From: Vicugna vicugna
Lineage: Eukaryota
Assembly (NCBI GenBank): GCA_013265495.1
Contig: MU058781.1
Location: 5,521,050 to 5,585,049 of the forward strand
DNA: 64,000 bases
Direction: 5' to 3'
The notes under the pieces: model-generated
What the model was told of the DNA's origin: nothing
Database searches by the model: none
The model's input: the letters and a program-made list of their open reading frames with translations, nothing else
Position numbers and translations under genes: made by a program
Shown here: one piece after another, positions 52,034-64,000 of the stretch
How positions within the stretch are numbered: the first letter of the stretch is position 1
Layout of the letters: every line of letters begins with the position of its first letter

Positions 52034-52710
52034 CGAGCCTCCACTGCATCCTCCTCGTGGCTGGCCGGCTGGCCGGCTGGCCGTGGGTTTCAGGTCCCGG
52101 ATGGCCCTGCCCAGGGCTGAGCATGCCGTGGGTTGTGGGGCCTGTGCTCCACCCCTGGGGGAAGACCAGGGGGCAGGGGGCGGTGCGGGAGGGAGGTAGG
52201 CTGGCAGGACAAGGGGAAGGGCGGGCGTTGTGGCCAGTGCGGAGCCTGGGGCTTCCTCTGGGGCGTGAGGCCGGGAGGGGGAGATGGGCTCTGAGTTCCC
52301 ACAGCCCTCTGGGCAGCCACCAACAGCCCGTGCCTCCCCAGTGCCTGCCGGGTGGCCCAGGGAACGTGTTCTCATACGAGCCTCCCTCCTCGTGGCTGGC
52401 CGGCTGGCCGGCTGGCCGTGGGTTTCAGGTCCCGGATGGCCCTGCCCAGGGCTGAGCATGCCGTGGGTTGTGGGGCCTGTGCTCCACCCCTGGGGGAAGA
52501 CCAGGGGGCAGGGGGCGGTGCGGGAGGGAGGTAGGCTGGCAGGACAAGGGGAAGGGCGGGCGTTGTGGCCAGTGCGGAGCCTGGGGCTTCCTCTGGGGCG
52601 TGAGGCCGGGAGGGGGAGATGGGCTCTGAGTTCCCACAGCCCTCTGGGCAGCCACCAACAGCCCGTGCCTCCCCAGTGCCTGCCGGGTGGCCCAGGGAAC
52701 GTGTTCTCAT
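52034..52710. repeat. Two-copy tandem duplication, period 335 bp, in GMPR intron 4
   Basis: 52050-52375 and 52385-52710 are identical by direct comparison. The ORF track also gives identical peptides at 52090-52323 and 52425-52658. Confidence 0.95.
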
Positions 52711-55700
52711 TGTCCGTGTCGGTTTCCCCAGCCACGAACAGGAGGCTTTGGCGAGGCAGATGTTCCGTCTACAGCCCTTCTTTGCCTGCAGTGACCTCTG
52801 AAATCTGTGCTTCATTTAGAAACCTTTTGGTACCCTTACATCTTGGTTTTTAGAAATATAATTTCTCTATGGTTTTGGGGGCATCGTGAGGATGTATTTG
52901 TCCAGTGTTGGGGAACTGAAAGGTACTTAATACGGGTGCTCTTACCCTGATGGTTACAATGCAGCAAACAGAAGAGAGGCCTAGACGTGTTTTTAGCGGA
53001 GTGTGGCAACTCCAGGGTGTCAGCATCGGGTGCCCAGAACGCCCTGGATTAACCTGGAAACCCTTTCTTCTTGCCTTTTACCTAAGACAAGCACTGCCAC
53101 AGGTTGGGAGGGAGGAAGCAGGGAATTTTAGAAAATGTCATTGGCAGAAAAGGATCCAAAAAGATGCCGACTGTTGGGAGAGTGTGACCAGTCCTACAGT
53201 CCTTTGCCTGGTGTCTTTCGGAGATGAAAAGGAATGGTGTGTTCTGGGTCCCGTCTCGAGTATGTGCTGTGGAAAAAGGCACTAGCAGGGACCAGGTGCT
53301 TCTCTTAATAATAACTCATCTCTGAGTAAGGATAAGAGCACTGGCTTTAGTTGATGTGAAACTTCATTGTTCAAGGTCAAGAGACTTTTTGAGGCTCCTG
53401 CAGCCAGTGAGGGGTAGGCCTGAGGTTTAGCACTAGGCAGCCTGTCCCCAGGGCCTGGCATCTCCTCATTACACCCCGTGGCAGTGCTGGGACACAGAGG
53501 TCCCTGGGTCGGGGCTGGGAAGTGCTTTTCTCACCTGGTCCCTAGGACGTAGCCTGTGACCCCTCATGTGTTGCGATTAGGCTGGAGGCCCTGCTCTGCT
53601 CCGCAGGGGAATGTGTGTCAGCCACTGTTGGCTGGTCTCCAGGTAGCCAGGGCACGTCCTGGGCATTTCCGTGTGTGGCCAGTGGCTCGGTCACGTGCCT
53701 GCGTTCTTTCTGCAGCAGTCATGGTCTGAGCAGGTTCCAGGCCACTCAGAGGCACCTCCCTGTCTATACCTCTTCCCGGGGGGCAGATGCTCCAGGATTC
53801 TGTGCAGGTGTTGCCCGTGGGCAGCCAGACAGACGTACCTCCCTCAAGTACATAGGCCCGCTCAAGCCCAGTTACCTGGATTTTCTGTTTTCACCCTCTT
53901 TCTGGAACTGGTGTGAACTAGAACTTGGTGGAGGCTAGGGAGGGCCTCAGAGACTCAGCTGATATTTGTCTCTAAGAGTCACATGGTAAACTCAGTTGAA
54001 TGTGACATGAAAGGTAGCTTTGCCTTGATAGCATCTCGTGCTCCTGATTCCACAGGTAGGTCGAGGGACATCTTCGTGTGCCTGGGAGAAGGCCCTGGCA
54101 TTCGTGTTCCATCCTCCTGCGTGACGAGCTGGCCCACAGGCAGGTCCTGCTGCTGTTTGCTGACCCCCACCTTGGCAGAGGGCCTCAGAAGAGCCAGGAG
54201 AAAGTGGCTGGAGTAGTCACTGCCTAATGAGTATGAAATTTCAGTTTGGGATGATGCCGGAGTGCTGGTGATGGATGTGGGGGAACTTTCTTTGTAAACC
54301 TTCCAGTGACAATGACAAGTGGGTCTGATCAGCCCCACTCTGTAGTGGAATAAATGGAGACTCAGAGTTGAAGGGACTTTCCTAATGTGACACGGTGAGT
54401 GGAAGGGCCATCATTCAACCCCAGGGCTTTCTGAACCTGTTTTGCCAGAGATGTCTGGATCTAAAGGAAAGCTGGAAGAATTGGGTCCGGTTTTGGTTTG
54501 GGTTCTGGCCCAGAGGACTTCTTAAAATGGCATCGAAGTGCTTGAAATATTGGTTTTGTCACTTTTTATGTCTTTGCCAAGGCCCTCGCACCTGTCCTTG
54601 ATGTGGTTAGGGCGGTGCCAGGACAGTGCTTGGCCTCCCCAGGGAGAGGGGGTGCCTAGCGGATTTCTCCACCTGCCTGCGTTGGGGCCCTGTTGAGGGT
54701 CTGTAGCTTTTATTTTGCTGTGGCTGCCTGGTCGTGACTGAGCCAGATGAGCTGCCCTAGGCAGTCACATTCTGAGTCTCTGGTATCCGCCCGAGACAGG
54801 AGGTGCATGAGGCCAAGATAAGCCGACTCCCCGCTAATCACCCTTGGCGACACCCCTGCCTGGCGCATCCCACCCGGAGGCCAAAGCCACGTGGGCTGTG
54901 GGCTGGGCTTTCCTCGGAGCCCGACCACACTTCCCTTTGTCATTCGCATTTCCTTTTTGCCTTTTTTTTTCTTTTTTTTTACCTTCTTGATTTCAAACTT
55001 GGACAGACAGCTTTTTGTTCCTGCAAATGGAAACTCACCAACCTCTCTGGGTCGTCGGCTTTCTCGCCGTGTGGTCCTCATGCTGGAGGCTTTCGTAATT
55101 CCACTGGGTTTTCCCACCCTCAGTGCTCTCTGCCGGGACCGCGTTCTGACCACTGGTTCAGGAGCCACGCGGGTAGCTCAGGGGACACAGGGCCACCTAG
55201 GGGAGCCTCTGGGCTCTTAAAATAGCGTCCACTTCCTCCATGCTTTTAGACTTACTTTGACTTCACGTGGGTGTACCTGGTATTTCCATCCTGAACTGAT
55301 CTGAATTAATTTATTTGGTGTGAAGTAAGCAGTTTTAAGATAAAATGGTTTGTAAGCAGCACCGGATCAGGGGAAAAAATGTCCCCTGAAAATGAAACTC
55401 TGTAGGGAGCTCAGAGTAGCTTCTTTAAGTATTTTACTTTTAACTTATTTTTAATTAATTTTAACTTTATTATAAAAATTTGTTTTGAATTTTTAGGAAC
55501 CAGGAAGGAAGAATGAGAGCTTGGCATCTTGTTTTTTTGGGTTCCTACTAAGTTCTTTTTCAGGTTCAAAGTTCATGTTGGTCTTTGTGCTTAAAACAAA
55601 AACAAAAAAACCCTAAAAAGACAAACTATCACTTTAAAAAAACAAAACAAAACAGTTTTTCAGCCACAATCTACTCTTTGCAATGGCTCTGAGAGGTACT

Positions 55701-55744
55701 GTGCTGGAGAGTATCTTTTGACTTTTAACATCCTTTCTTACTCC

Positions 55745-55836
55745 TTTCTTTTTTCTTAATGGAGGTACTGGGGATTGAACCTAGGACCTCATGCATGCTA
55801 AGCATACACTCTACCAGTGAGCTATTCTCACCTCCC
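55745..55836 (-). mobile_element. tRNA-derived camelid SINE (Vic-1-like)
   Basis: Minus strand GAATAGCTCACTGGTAGAGTGTATGCTTAGCATGCATGAGGTCCTAGGTTCAATCCCCAGTACCTCC, homologous to the copy at 40013. Confidence 0.85.
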
Positions 55837-55859
55837 GAAACTATCGCATTTAATTATAA

Positions 55860-57060
55860 AAGTAATGCAGTTTCTACTGTAAAATCCAGAAGATTGTAAA
55901 GACTTATTAATAAAAGTCGGAATATTCCCTCATGTGGACATAATCTGTCGGCATTTTGGTACATGTTTTCATCTACATATATGCTTGTTTTGTTTTAACA
56001 AAATGAGGTCTTACATTTCCTTCTGTTTCCCTAAATTTCCCTGAAAGGATTTAAGCATTTTCCCATGCAAAGACATCACACAGATTGTTGAACCATTCCC
56101 ATCTTGGAGAATATATTTGCAGTTTTGCAGTGTTATCAATAAAACATTTTTGTAGTTAAATCTTTGATCTCATCTATGATTATTGCCTTGAGAGAGAATC
56201 CTGGAAGTTATTGGATCAAAGGCTCTACGTACTTTTGCTTTTCTCTAAATGGACAAATTGCTTTCTAGGAAAACTTGTACTTGAGTAGACATTCCAACAG
56301 CAGAGAGCGAGTGTCTGTTTCCTCTTCAGCGTTTTAGTCTTTATAATCATTGATAATTTAAGTGAAAAGTGCTACGTCACTGGTATCTTAATTTAAATTT
56401 GATTACTGGTAAGGGTGAACACTTTCCCTTTGTTTTTTGGCCACTTTAATTTCTTCCATGAATTTGTTCGTGTCCTCTGGCAGTTATTCTGTGAGGTGGC
56501 AGCATTTTTCTTGTAGATTTGGAAAAACTCTTACAATGTTAGTACTCTTAGTTTGTCATAATTGCAAATATTTTCTCCATCGGGTTGCTGATTGGTTTTG
56601 TTGTTTATATGTATGAGCACGTGCGTTTATATGTACACAGATTTTTTTATTTTTGTGTAGACAGATCTTTTTTTGTTTTCACTTGGATGCGTATTACAAG
56701 TATTCAAGGTTTTCTTCTAAATCTGGGAGGAGATAGCTTTTAGTTTAGCTCTTTCGTCCATCTGAAGTTTGTTTTGGTGAAAAGCATGAGTGATAATCTG
56801 TATGTGTCTGAAAGGTCCCTTTTCCCAGCTCTGTCTATTGAAATGTTGTTCCCTTCCTCAGTGACAGGTAATGCCACCTTTCTCATGTCCTATATGCTCT
56901 CATAATGTTCCTGTCCTTTTTCTGGGCCATCCATCCTTTTCCAGTGTCAGATGCTGTTTGGATTAAAGTAGCTCTGAGCCCTCATCACTCTTTTGAGAGA
57001 TCCTTTTATACAAAGTTAAAAGTCACTTTGCTTAGATGGAAAAAGAAAAAGTCCCTCTGA
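55860..57060 (-). mobile_element. Highly diverged antisense L1 (L1ME-like)
   Basis: T-rich sequence with GGATCAAAGG, TTGCAAATATTTTCTCC and TCCATCTGAAGTTTGTTTTGGTG motifs typical of antisense ORF2 remnants. Confidence 0.55.
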
Positions 57061-57996
57061 GAATCAATTCACCGGAAAGACACTTGGGGCTTCAATGTCT
57101 AAAACTCAGTCGCAACAGTTAGGGATGCATTTCCCAAAATAAGACTTCGCACAGTTGTGAAAATTCAGACAGGCATCTTGCCAAGTATCCTGCGTACCAG
57201 CTGAAGAATCCACAGGGCAGTGAATTGTAATAAAAAGGGCTATTTTTGCGTTCCCAGACTCCTGCAGTGAAAGAACGCGTACCATTTTCAAACCAGATGC
57301 ATCCTCTGGTTTTTAGATTTTGTCGCTTCTTGGCTTATGTGTTTATTCTCAGGGCCACAGCTTTATGTTTTGGAAAGAAGTACATCCCAGTGCTGTTGGT
57401 CCATAAGGGTTCTTCTGCCCTTTCATGTGTCGGGAACCACAGAGCCCAGGGTTGGGTACCCAGGTATCTTCTCAACTGTGAGATGACCAGTGGTTCCCTA
57501 ATCCTGGGCCCCAGGGGTTCCATAGAACTTCTTCAGGGCTCTGACAAACTGTAAACAACAATAAAGATTTTTAATCAGCCGAGAGAGTGTTTAATTGCTT
57601 ATTTTTATGTATTTGGGTTCTCTGTAAGATTTTGTTTTGTCATCCCCTGAAATGTTCAAAAAGCCCTGACTAGGCAGCCTGAAGTCTCCTGGAGCTCTAA
57701 AATCATGCAGTTCTGAACCTTCTGATGCTGTCAGCTCCCCCAGGGTATCCTCGGGTGTCCAGTTCTGTGCTCTTGTTAATAGAGAAGAAAGAAAACCTGG
57801 AGAATACTCTAGCCCCCCAGTTTCAGACTTAAAGTAGATTCGGGGAATTGATCCATTGTTTTTCCCTTTGTCCCCTGGCTGGCTGGCGGCTTCAGAACGT
57901 GCTCACTCTTGTGTTCAGGTGTGGAGTGCATCCGTGACTCGTCTTTGTCCCACCGGGATCAGTGCATGATCGCAGGCTGTGTGCTTTCTGTCCCAG

Positions 57997-58078
57997 GCAG
58001 GGAACGTGGTGACGGGAGAGATGGTGGAAGAGCTTATTCTTTCCGGAGCAGATATCATCAAAGTGGGAGTCGGACCAG
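57997..58078 (+). CDS. GMPR: GMP reductase 1, coding exon 5 (aa 156-183)
   Basis: Acceptor gtgctttctgtcccag|. Translates [27 protein letters not shown] plus the first base of Gly183. Donor CAG|gtaaga, phase 1. 82 nt. Confidence 0.97.
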
Positions 58079-60409
58079 GTAAGACTTGCTGGGGGCACCG
58101 CAGAGGTGGTGTTGCGGGGAGGACTGGGGTCTAGGGCTGGGGGTGGGGGGGACTGGAGATGCCCAAAGGGAACCAGGAGTGATTGATCACACGTTTAAAG
58201 CACATTTCTGTTGGAAGTATCTTTGGGTGTCTGCTCAGAAGAGACTCCTGATTAGCAACGTCATTGTCACTGAGCTGCTTTCTGATGGAAGTTCTGAATG
58301 AGCTCGAACGCGGTTCACGTGCGAGGTCCTGGTTCCAGAACATGAATGGGGAGGAGAAGAATGGGATTTCTTGAATGATACTGTTCACCCTGAAGGGGAA
58401 GGAGAGGGCTGAAGAGTCCGTGGGGACAGTTAGTGTCCACGAATAGCTCAAGTTTATGTGGATGTTTGAGGGACCCCACACGTTGCAAACAGACGTGCAG
58501 CTGTGAGGCCACGTTTGAACTTGCCCCATGGCCCATGCAGTTATCACCTTGGGCTTCTCACCGTCTCAGAGTTTGCTGCATCCTCCCGCGCACTCGCTCC
58601 TGGGACTGCCACTGGCATTTCGAGCGGAGGAATGGGATGGAACCTTCCACCCTGAACCAGGTGGCTCCGTTTTCTCTTGGGGCTGATTGATGCTGGCCTT
58701 CCCCTTTGGCCAGACGGGAGCCTGAGCTTCCCTATTTTTAAATCCTTCATTGCCACGTTTTAAAATTCTTCCTTGCATATCCATTATTAACCAAACACTA
58801 AAATTGGAGAGAAGGAAAGAAGGAGATAATACACTTTCAGTTGGGAATGAGAAACAGCAAAGATTTTTTATAAATATCGTCTGGCCAAAAGACACTACCA
58901 AAAAAGGCAGCGAACCATGAACCCGTTAAGAAGAGTCTGTGGGAAAGTGCTGCTGGGAGGCAGGAGATAGCGTTTGTTGTGGCCTGGCACAGTGGTCAGC
59001 CTCGAGGGACTAGGACGCAGATGACAAAAGGGCCCTGTAGGCTGGTCAGAGTACCTAAGATTCTAACACATACGGAGGTTTTCAAGATGGGGCTTTTTCT
59101 GTTGCCACTCTCCTAAGCCAATCTGACATTCTGAGCAAGAGGAGAGACAGCTTTGGTCTTTACTGAGTGTCCGTCATTACTGAAAAGTCACGAGGATTTT
59201 AAGGCCCAGTTTTGGCTTACGGGGCGCTCTCCCCACACTGAGGATGGGCTGAAATAGACCAGGCTTGTGACAGAGTCGAACAGGCTAATCATAGACAAGG
59301 GAGACTCTTTTTTCCCCCCAAAGCAGAGTGTGCACCATCCCCTGTTCAATCAAATACACCTGGAGAGTCTCCTGGCTGCTGTGGTGCTGGGGCGCGGGCG
59401 CTGTGCGGGGTGTGAAGGGGCGTCGGCGGTCTTGGCGCTGAAAGAGCTCTTGGTGTAATCGCGCACATTCAGCCTCGTTTCCTTCATGTACATCCTCTGT
59501 GTACAGTCTCTTCCCCTGAAGACTTACTGCCCTTCTGCTGTGTGCCTCCCAGGCTGTCTGTTTAGAAAAGACGTGACGAAGGGGAGTGAGAGGCCTTCCC
59601 TGAGCCTGATGTGTTGGAGCCACTTTGTAAATTGACTGGAGATGATGTTTACATCTCACGAATTCTTTAGAGTGAAAACACTGAGTATTACATATCTAAA
59701 TGACAGTGTTTTTTTTTTAAAAAAAAGGTTCATTCTGGAAGAACTCCTGGGAACTGGGAAAAAGCATTTAAATGTCCCCCGGCCGATCCCCAGGCTGGGA
59801 GGAAACAGGTACCCTGTTTCTTCTTTCAGCCTGGGGGTCAGTCACGACCACACCTTCGCCCACGCCTTCCCCCGTGTCTGTGCGTCTGTGCAGAGCTCTG
59901 AGGCCCCTGCCTTCCCTTGAGGATCTAGCGTTGAGTGGGAAAAGGGAAAAGCCAGGTCTGAACCAGAACCGGGGGTTATAAAACTCCAGTTGTGCCTCCA
60001 CAGTATGCGTCTGGGGCAGAGCAGGGCTTGGTCAGGAGAGAAACTCACTGGCCCCAAGATAGTGAGTGACCACGTTGTAAGGATGGACGTGAAGTGATGG
60101 GCTCCACCCCGTGGCCGGGTGCAGGAGAAGGCCGCTCCCCCAGTCCTGGTTTTCCTGCTGGAATCAGGCCTGAGTGTAGCCAGGGTTCTCTGTCCCTAAA
60201 GAGCCCTGGGAAAAGTTGAGGGAAGCTGTGAGGCCATTGGTGCTGGTGGGGAGCAGGAGACGGGAGGGCCTCGCCCACAGGTCTGGTGGGAGTGGAGGAG
60301 TTCACTCCCAGCTTTTACACTGGCCCCAGGGCGCCCCGTGGGCGGCACCACCAGACACCCGGGGGTCTGAGTGACTGAGCGGTGAAGCGGGGGAGACGGG
60401 GACACGGGT

Positions 60410-61000
60410 GACTCATTCATTAGTGAGTTCGTGCATTCTTTAGTGACTGGATAGTGCCCCGGTTACATACGAGGCTCTGTTCTCAACGCTGGATCTACAG
60501 CGATGACTCTCCATGCAGCTCACCACCCAGCAGAGAAAACAGACCCTTGGTTCTTACACAGATAATTATTTAAATGTTTTCTTTTTTTGAAACGAGTGCT
60601 GGGATGAACAACTTCCCTGAGGCAGTGACATTGAAGATGAAGCCTGAAAGATGAGAAAGTGTTGGCTGCATAAGGGGTTGGTAGAGATGGGAGCGCTCGG
60701 ACAGAGAGAACATCGTGTACGAGGATCCCCGGGGTAGGGGGGACTGGCCCTGCCTGGGAAGCTGAAGGGGCAGGGTGGCCGGAGCGAGGTGAGCAGGAGC
60801 TGGAGGAGAGGAGGTGGGAGAGCTGCTGGATGCTCTGGAGCTTGATCCGGGTGATCTGGCTGGGTGCTCACTTGCTGGAAGGGAGAGGAGAGGCTTAGCA
60901 AGGGGACCGAGGGGACACGTGCTGGAGATGTTGGCACGACTCGGCCTGGACCTAACTGGGCTAGTACTCTGCAGACGGTCAGCCAGGACTGGAGTTGACT
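60410..61000 (-). mobile_element. Diverged L2 LINE 3' remnant
   Basis: CATTCATT-type terminus followed by TTCCCTGAGGCAGTGACATTGAAG...CTGAAAGATGAG, typical of antisense L2. Confidence 0.45.
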
Positions 61001-61624
61001 GTGGGAAAGGCGGAGGGCGAGGGGCCGAAGGCAGCGAGGTGGCTGGTGTGAGTCCCGCAGTGGAAGCGGACGGGGTGGGAGGTGGACTTGCAGGAGCCTG
61101 GGGAACAGGAGGACAGAGCCGAGGGAGAGGGCAGGGCGGGAACACCGCGCTGCCGGCTCCCCTTCCTCGGGGGCACGCTAACATCTCTTATGTCACAATC
61201 TCCACCACAGCCCTACAAGGGCAGTGCTTTTATTTCCGTATTACAGGTGAGGCACTGAGGCTTGGGGAAGTTAGTAATTTGACGCAAGCTGAAGGGCAGG
61301 AAGGCTCAAGGTAATGGGAGGGATTATGGGGAAAAGGGAAGGAAGATGGGAAAGAATCGGAGCCAGCAAGTGGGAGCTGATGTCAGAGGGGAGAGAGGCG
61401 GTGACAGGGTGTAGGGTGGAGTGTCCTGGACATCAGCATGGGATGGTGATGAGGACCTGAAGGGACATGTGGCCAGGCGGTGGTCACAACCACCTCCACT
61501 GAGCTGCAGGGCAGCCCCATCCTGCCCCCATCCCCACCGTGGAAAGTTCGCCCCCAGTCAGTCAGTGCAGGGCTGTGTGACGGTGATGGAAGCTCAATTT
61601 GTGTCACATTCTGCTCATTCATAA

Positions 61625-61984
<360 letters not shown>

Positions 61985-62059
61985 TAGTCAATAACAGCTC
62001 GCAGTGGTGGGTAGTGCAATGGGAGATAGGTGGGCAGTTTTGCAAAAATGAGGACCCAC

Positions 62060-62390
62060 ACCTTAGTCTGCCGTGGCTGCCATAATGAAGTACCCTAGGC
62101 TGGGTGACTGACAATGGGAAATATATTCCCATAGTTCTGGAGGCCAGAAGTCCAAGATCCAGGCCAGCAGGGCCAGGAGGCCTCAAGGGAAGAGTCAGTT
62201 TCAGGCCTCCCACACTTCTGGTGGGTCCTTGGCTTGTGGCCCGGGACTCCAGTTTCCATGTGGCGCCCCCCACCTCACCATGTACGTGTCTTTGTGTCCA
62301 GATTTCTCCTTGCTATAAGAACATCAGTCATGTGGGATTGGAGGCTCACCCTACTCAAGGGTGACCTCACTGGGGCTAATCACACCTGCA
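62060..62390 (-). mobile_element. MaLR LTR fragment (MLT1 family) in intron 6
   Basis: CATAGTTCTGGAGGCCAGAAGTCCAAGATC...TATAAGAACATCAGTCATGTGGGATT. Confidence 0.75.
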
Positions 62391-62859
62391 GGGGTTGTCT
62401 GATGCTGCCAGCCCGTCACCGGTTACTGTAGTGAGAGCAGATTCAGTAGCACGTTGGGGGCAGAAGGTGGATTTTTGTGGGTTGAGGAATGTAGGGGAAG
62501 GAGGGGAGGAGAGGCAGAGACAGTGGTCTCAACCACACTTTCAGGAAGCTCCTGGAAGGGCAGCACCACAGCACTCAGACACTGAATGTTAAGGACTGAA
62601 TGTCAGGTTAAAATCCTCAATTGATCTCTAATTCTCCTCCACCTTTACCAACGTGACCTTCACTTAAATAGTTAGCACATCTCCCCTTCCAGATGAGATG
62701 CTCAGAATAGGACAGAACGTGTCAGGTGGAACTGGACGGGCTTGGACAGAGCCGTGGCTTCCACTCATGTGGGTGACACAGACATACATATATATTTTAA
62801 AATTCGGAAGTAGTGGCATATTTTTAATGGTCCTATAACAATGGATTCATATTGAATAC

Positions 62860-63000
62860 AGGAGGTTAAATTTTCAGTTCTCAGGCCCCATCTCAGACCT
62901 ACTGAATCAAACTTGGAAGATGAGGCCCAGGAATCTTTTAACAAGCCTTCCAGGTAAATCAGATGTGCTTTCAGAGTCAGTACCCAGGGAACCCTGAGAA
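62860..63000. mobile_element. MER5A-like hAT fragment
   Basis: GGCCCCATCTCAGACCTACTGAATCA...GGCCCAGGAATCTTTTAACAAGCCTTCCAGGT. Confidence 0.7.
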
Positions 63001-63537
63001 AAGGGAGGGATTTGAATGACCAGATGAGTTCACTGTCCACTGATACCCAAAAAGGGCTTGGACTTTGTAGTGCATCTTAAAACCGATAAAAAAAAAAAAA
63101 GTCCTCTGGTGAGGACCACTACCGTCTGTTTACTCAAGGCCAACATTTTAATCAGTGCGTTTTATAAAGACTTAGAGAGCATGCTTCACAGAGGTCAGGT
63201 GGATTCAGAATAATCCGCAACCTCCTCCTTGTCTACACCCAGTCATGAGGGCTCTCATCCCACTGACCCCCTGCAAGGAAGGAAGGATTGATCAGCAAAT
63301 TTCCTATAATTTTGTTGATTTAATGTAGTAGTTTAGGAATCGTTAGACCATTTGTTGGAAGAATCTAAAAAAGTCATTGAAAGAACTTAGTTTTGTTTGA
63401 GGCTTGAAAAATTCCCCAGCCAAATAAATTTAGCCTAGACAGAAATATAAAGGAAATAAAGATGACTAGACATGCCTTATTAAGATAACCACTGCTAATA
63501 TATGTATGCTTCTAGACATTTCTAGAGTTTATTCAAC

Positions 63538-63620
63538 CAAGGTTCTAATCTTGTTCCTCCTTTATTATAGCTGTGTGACCTTAGGCAAGTCACTCAACCT
63601 TTCTGAGTCTCCCTCTTTGT
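63538..63620 (+). mobile_element. MIR SINE fragment
   Basis: TAGCTGTGTGACCTTAGGCAAGTCACTCAACCTTTCTGAGTCTC. Confidence 0.65.
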
Positions 63621-64000
63621 TTTCCCCCACCTACAAAATATCAGCTTCAGGTTCTTGTGGTGTTTGAATAGGAAAATGAAGTTTGTAACAATCCCTGGTC
63701 CATAGTTGGTGCTTGATTCGAAATCCCTCTGCCTCCTGCACGCTTGCTGTTATGGCCCCTTCTTTTAGGGAAGGGCAGGTATTTTTAAGAAGGGGAGGTA
63801 ATGCTGACAATTCACATCGAATCACCACTCACAGTATGGTGCCTTTTCTATGTTAACACTCTTGCAAAACAAAAGTAACCCTTGGAATATTTGCACATTG
63901 TTTTCTTAAAAACTCCCTGTAGCTATGCATGTTCGTTTGTGAAAGTAAACGTGTGTCTCAGATTGCAGACGGTTTCCTCCTAGGACCTCACTGGGGCCCG

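Noticed and set aside
51854..52853. Long ORFs of 293, 189, 147 and 132 aa with internal repeats
   Set aside because: They arise from the GC-rich tandem duplication, which has few stop codons. Pro/Gly/Arg-rich, open in several frames on both strands, and no recognisable domain.
60566..61314. Overlapping 204-, 166- and 123-aa ORFs
   Set aside because: Low-complexity GC-rich intronic sequence overlapping an L2 remnant.

Overview
Mammalian genomic DNA, very probably a camelid (alpaca, llama or camel), judged from two tRNA-derived Vic-1-like SINEs. Bases 1 to ~34.5 kb are AT-rich intergenic sequence full of old repeats (L1M fragments, MaLR/ERVL solo LTRs, MIR, L2, hAT/Charlie elements). From 35,028 on the + strand lie the first six coding exons of GMPR (GMP reductase 1; 654 nt, codons 1-218, all introns GT-AG), preceded by a CpG-island promoter. 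The gene continues beyond the window end. Nearly all other ORFs in the track are chance ORFs or repeat remnants. I find no evidence for a new multi-gene biological system. The most notable observations are a perfect 335-bp-period GC-rich tandem duplication in GMPR intron 4 with a templated junction, a divergent CTCF motif pair ~15 kb upstream, an E-box plus NF-E2/NRF2 module in the promoter, and two retroelements that appear to carry non-element sequence. Repeat family names and boundaries were recognised by eye and are approximate.
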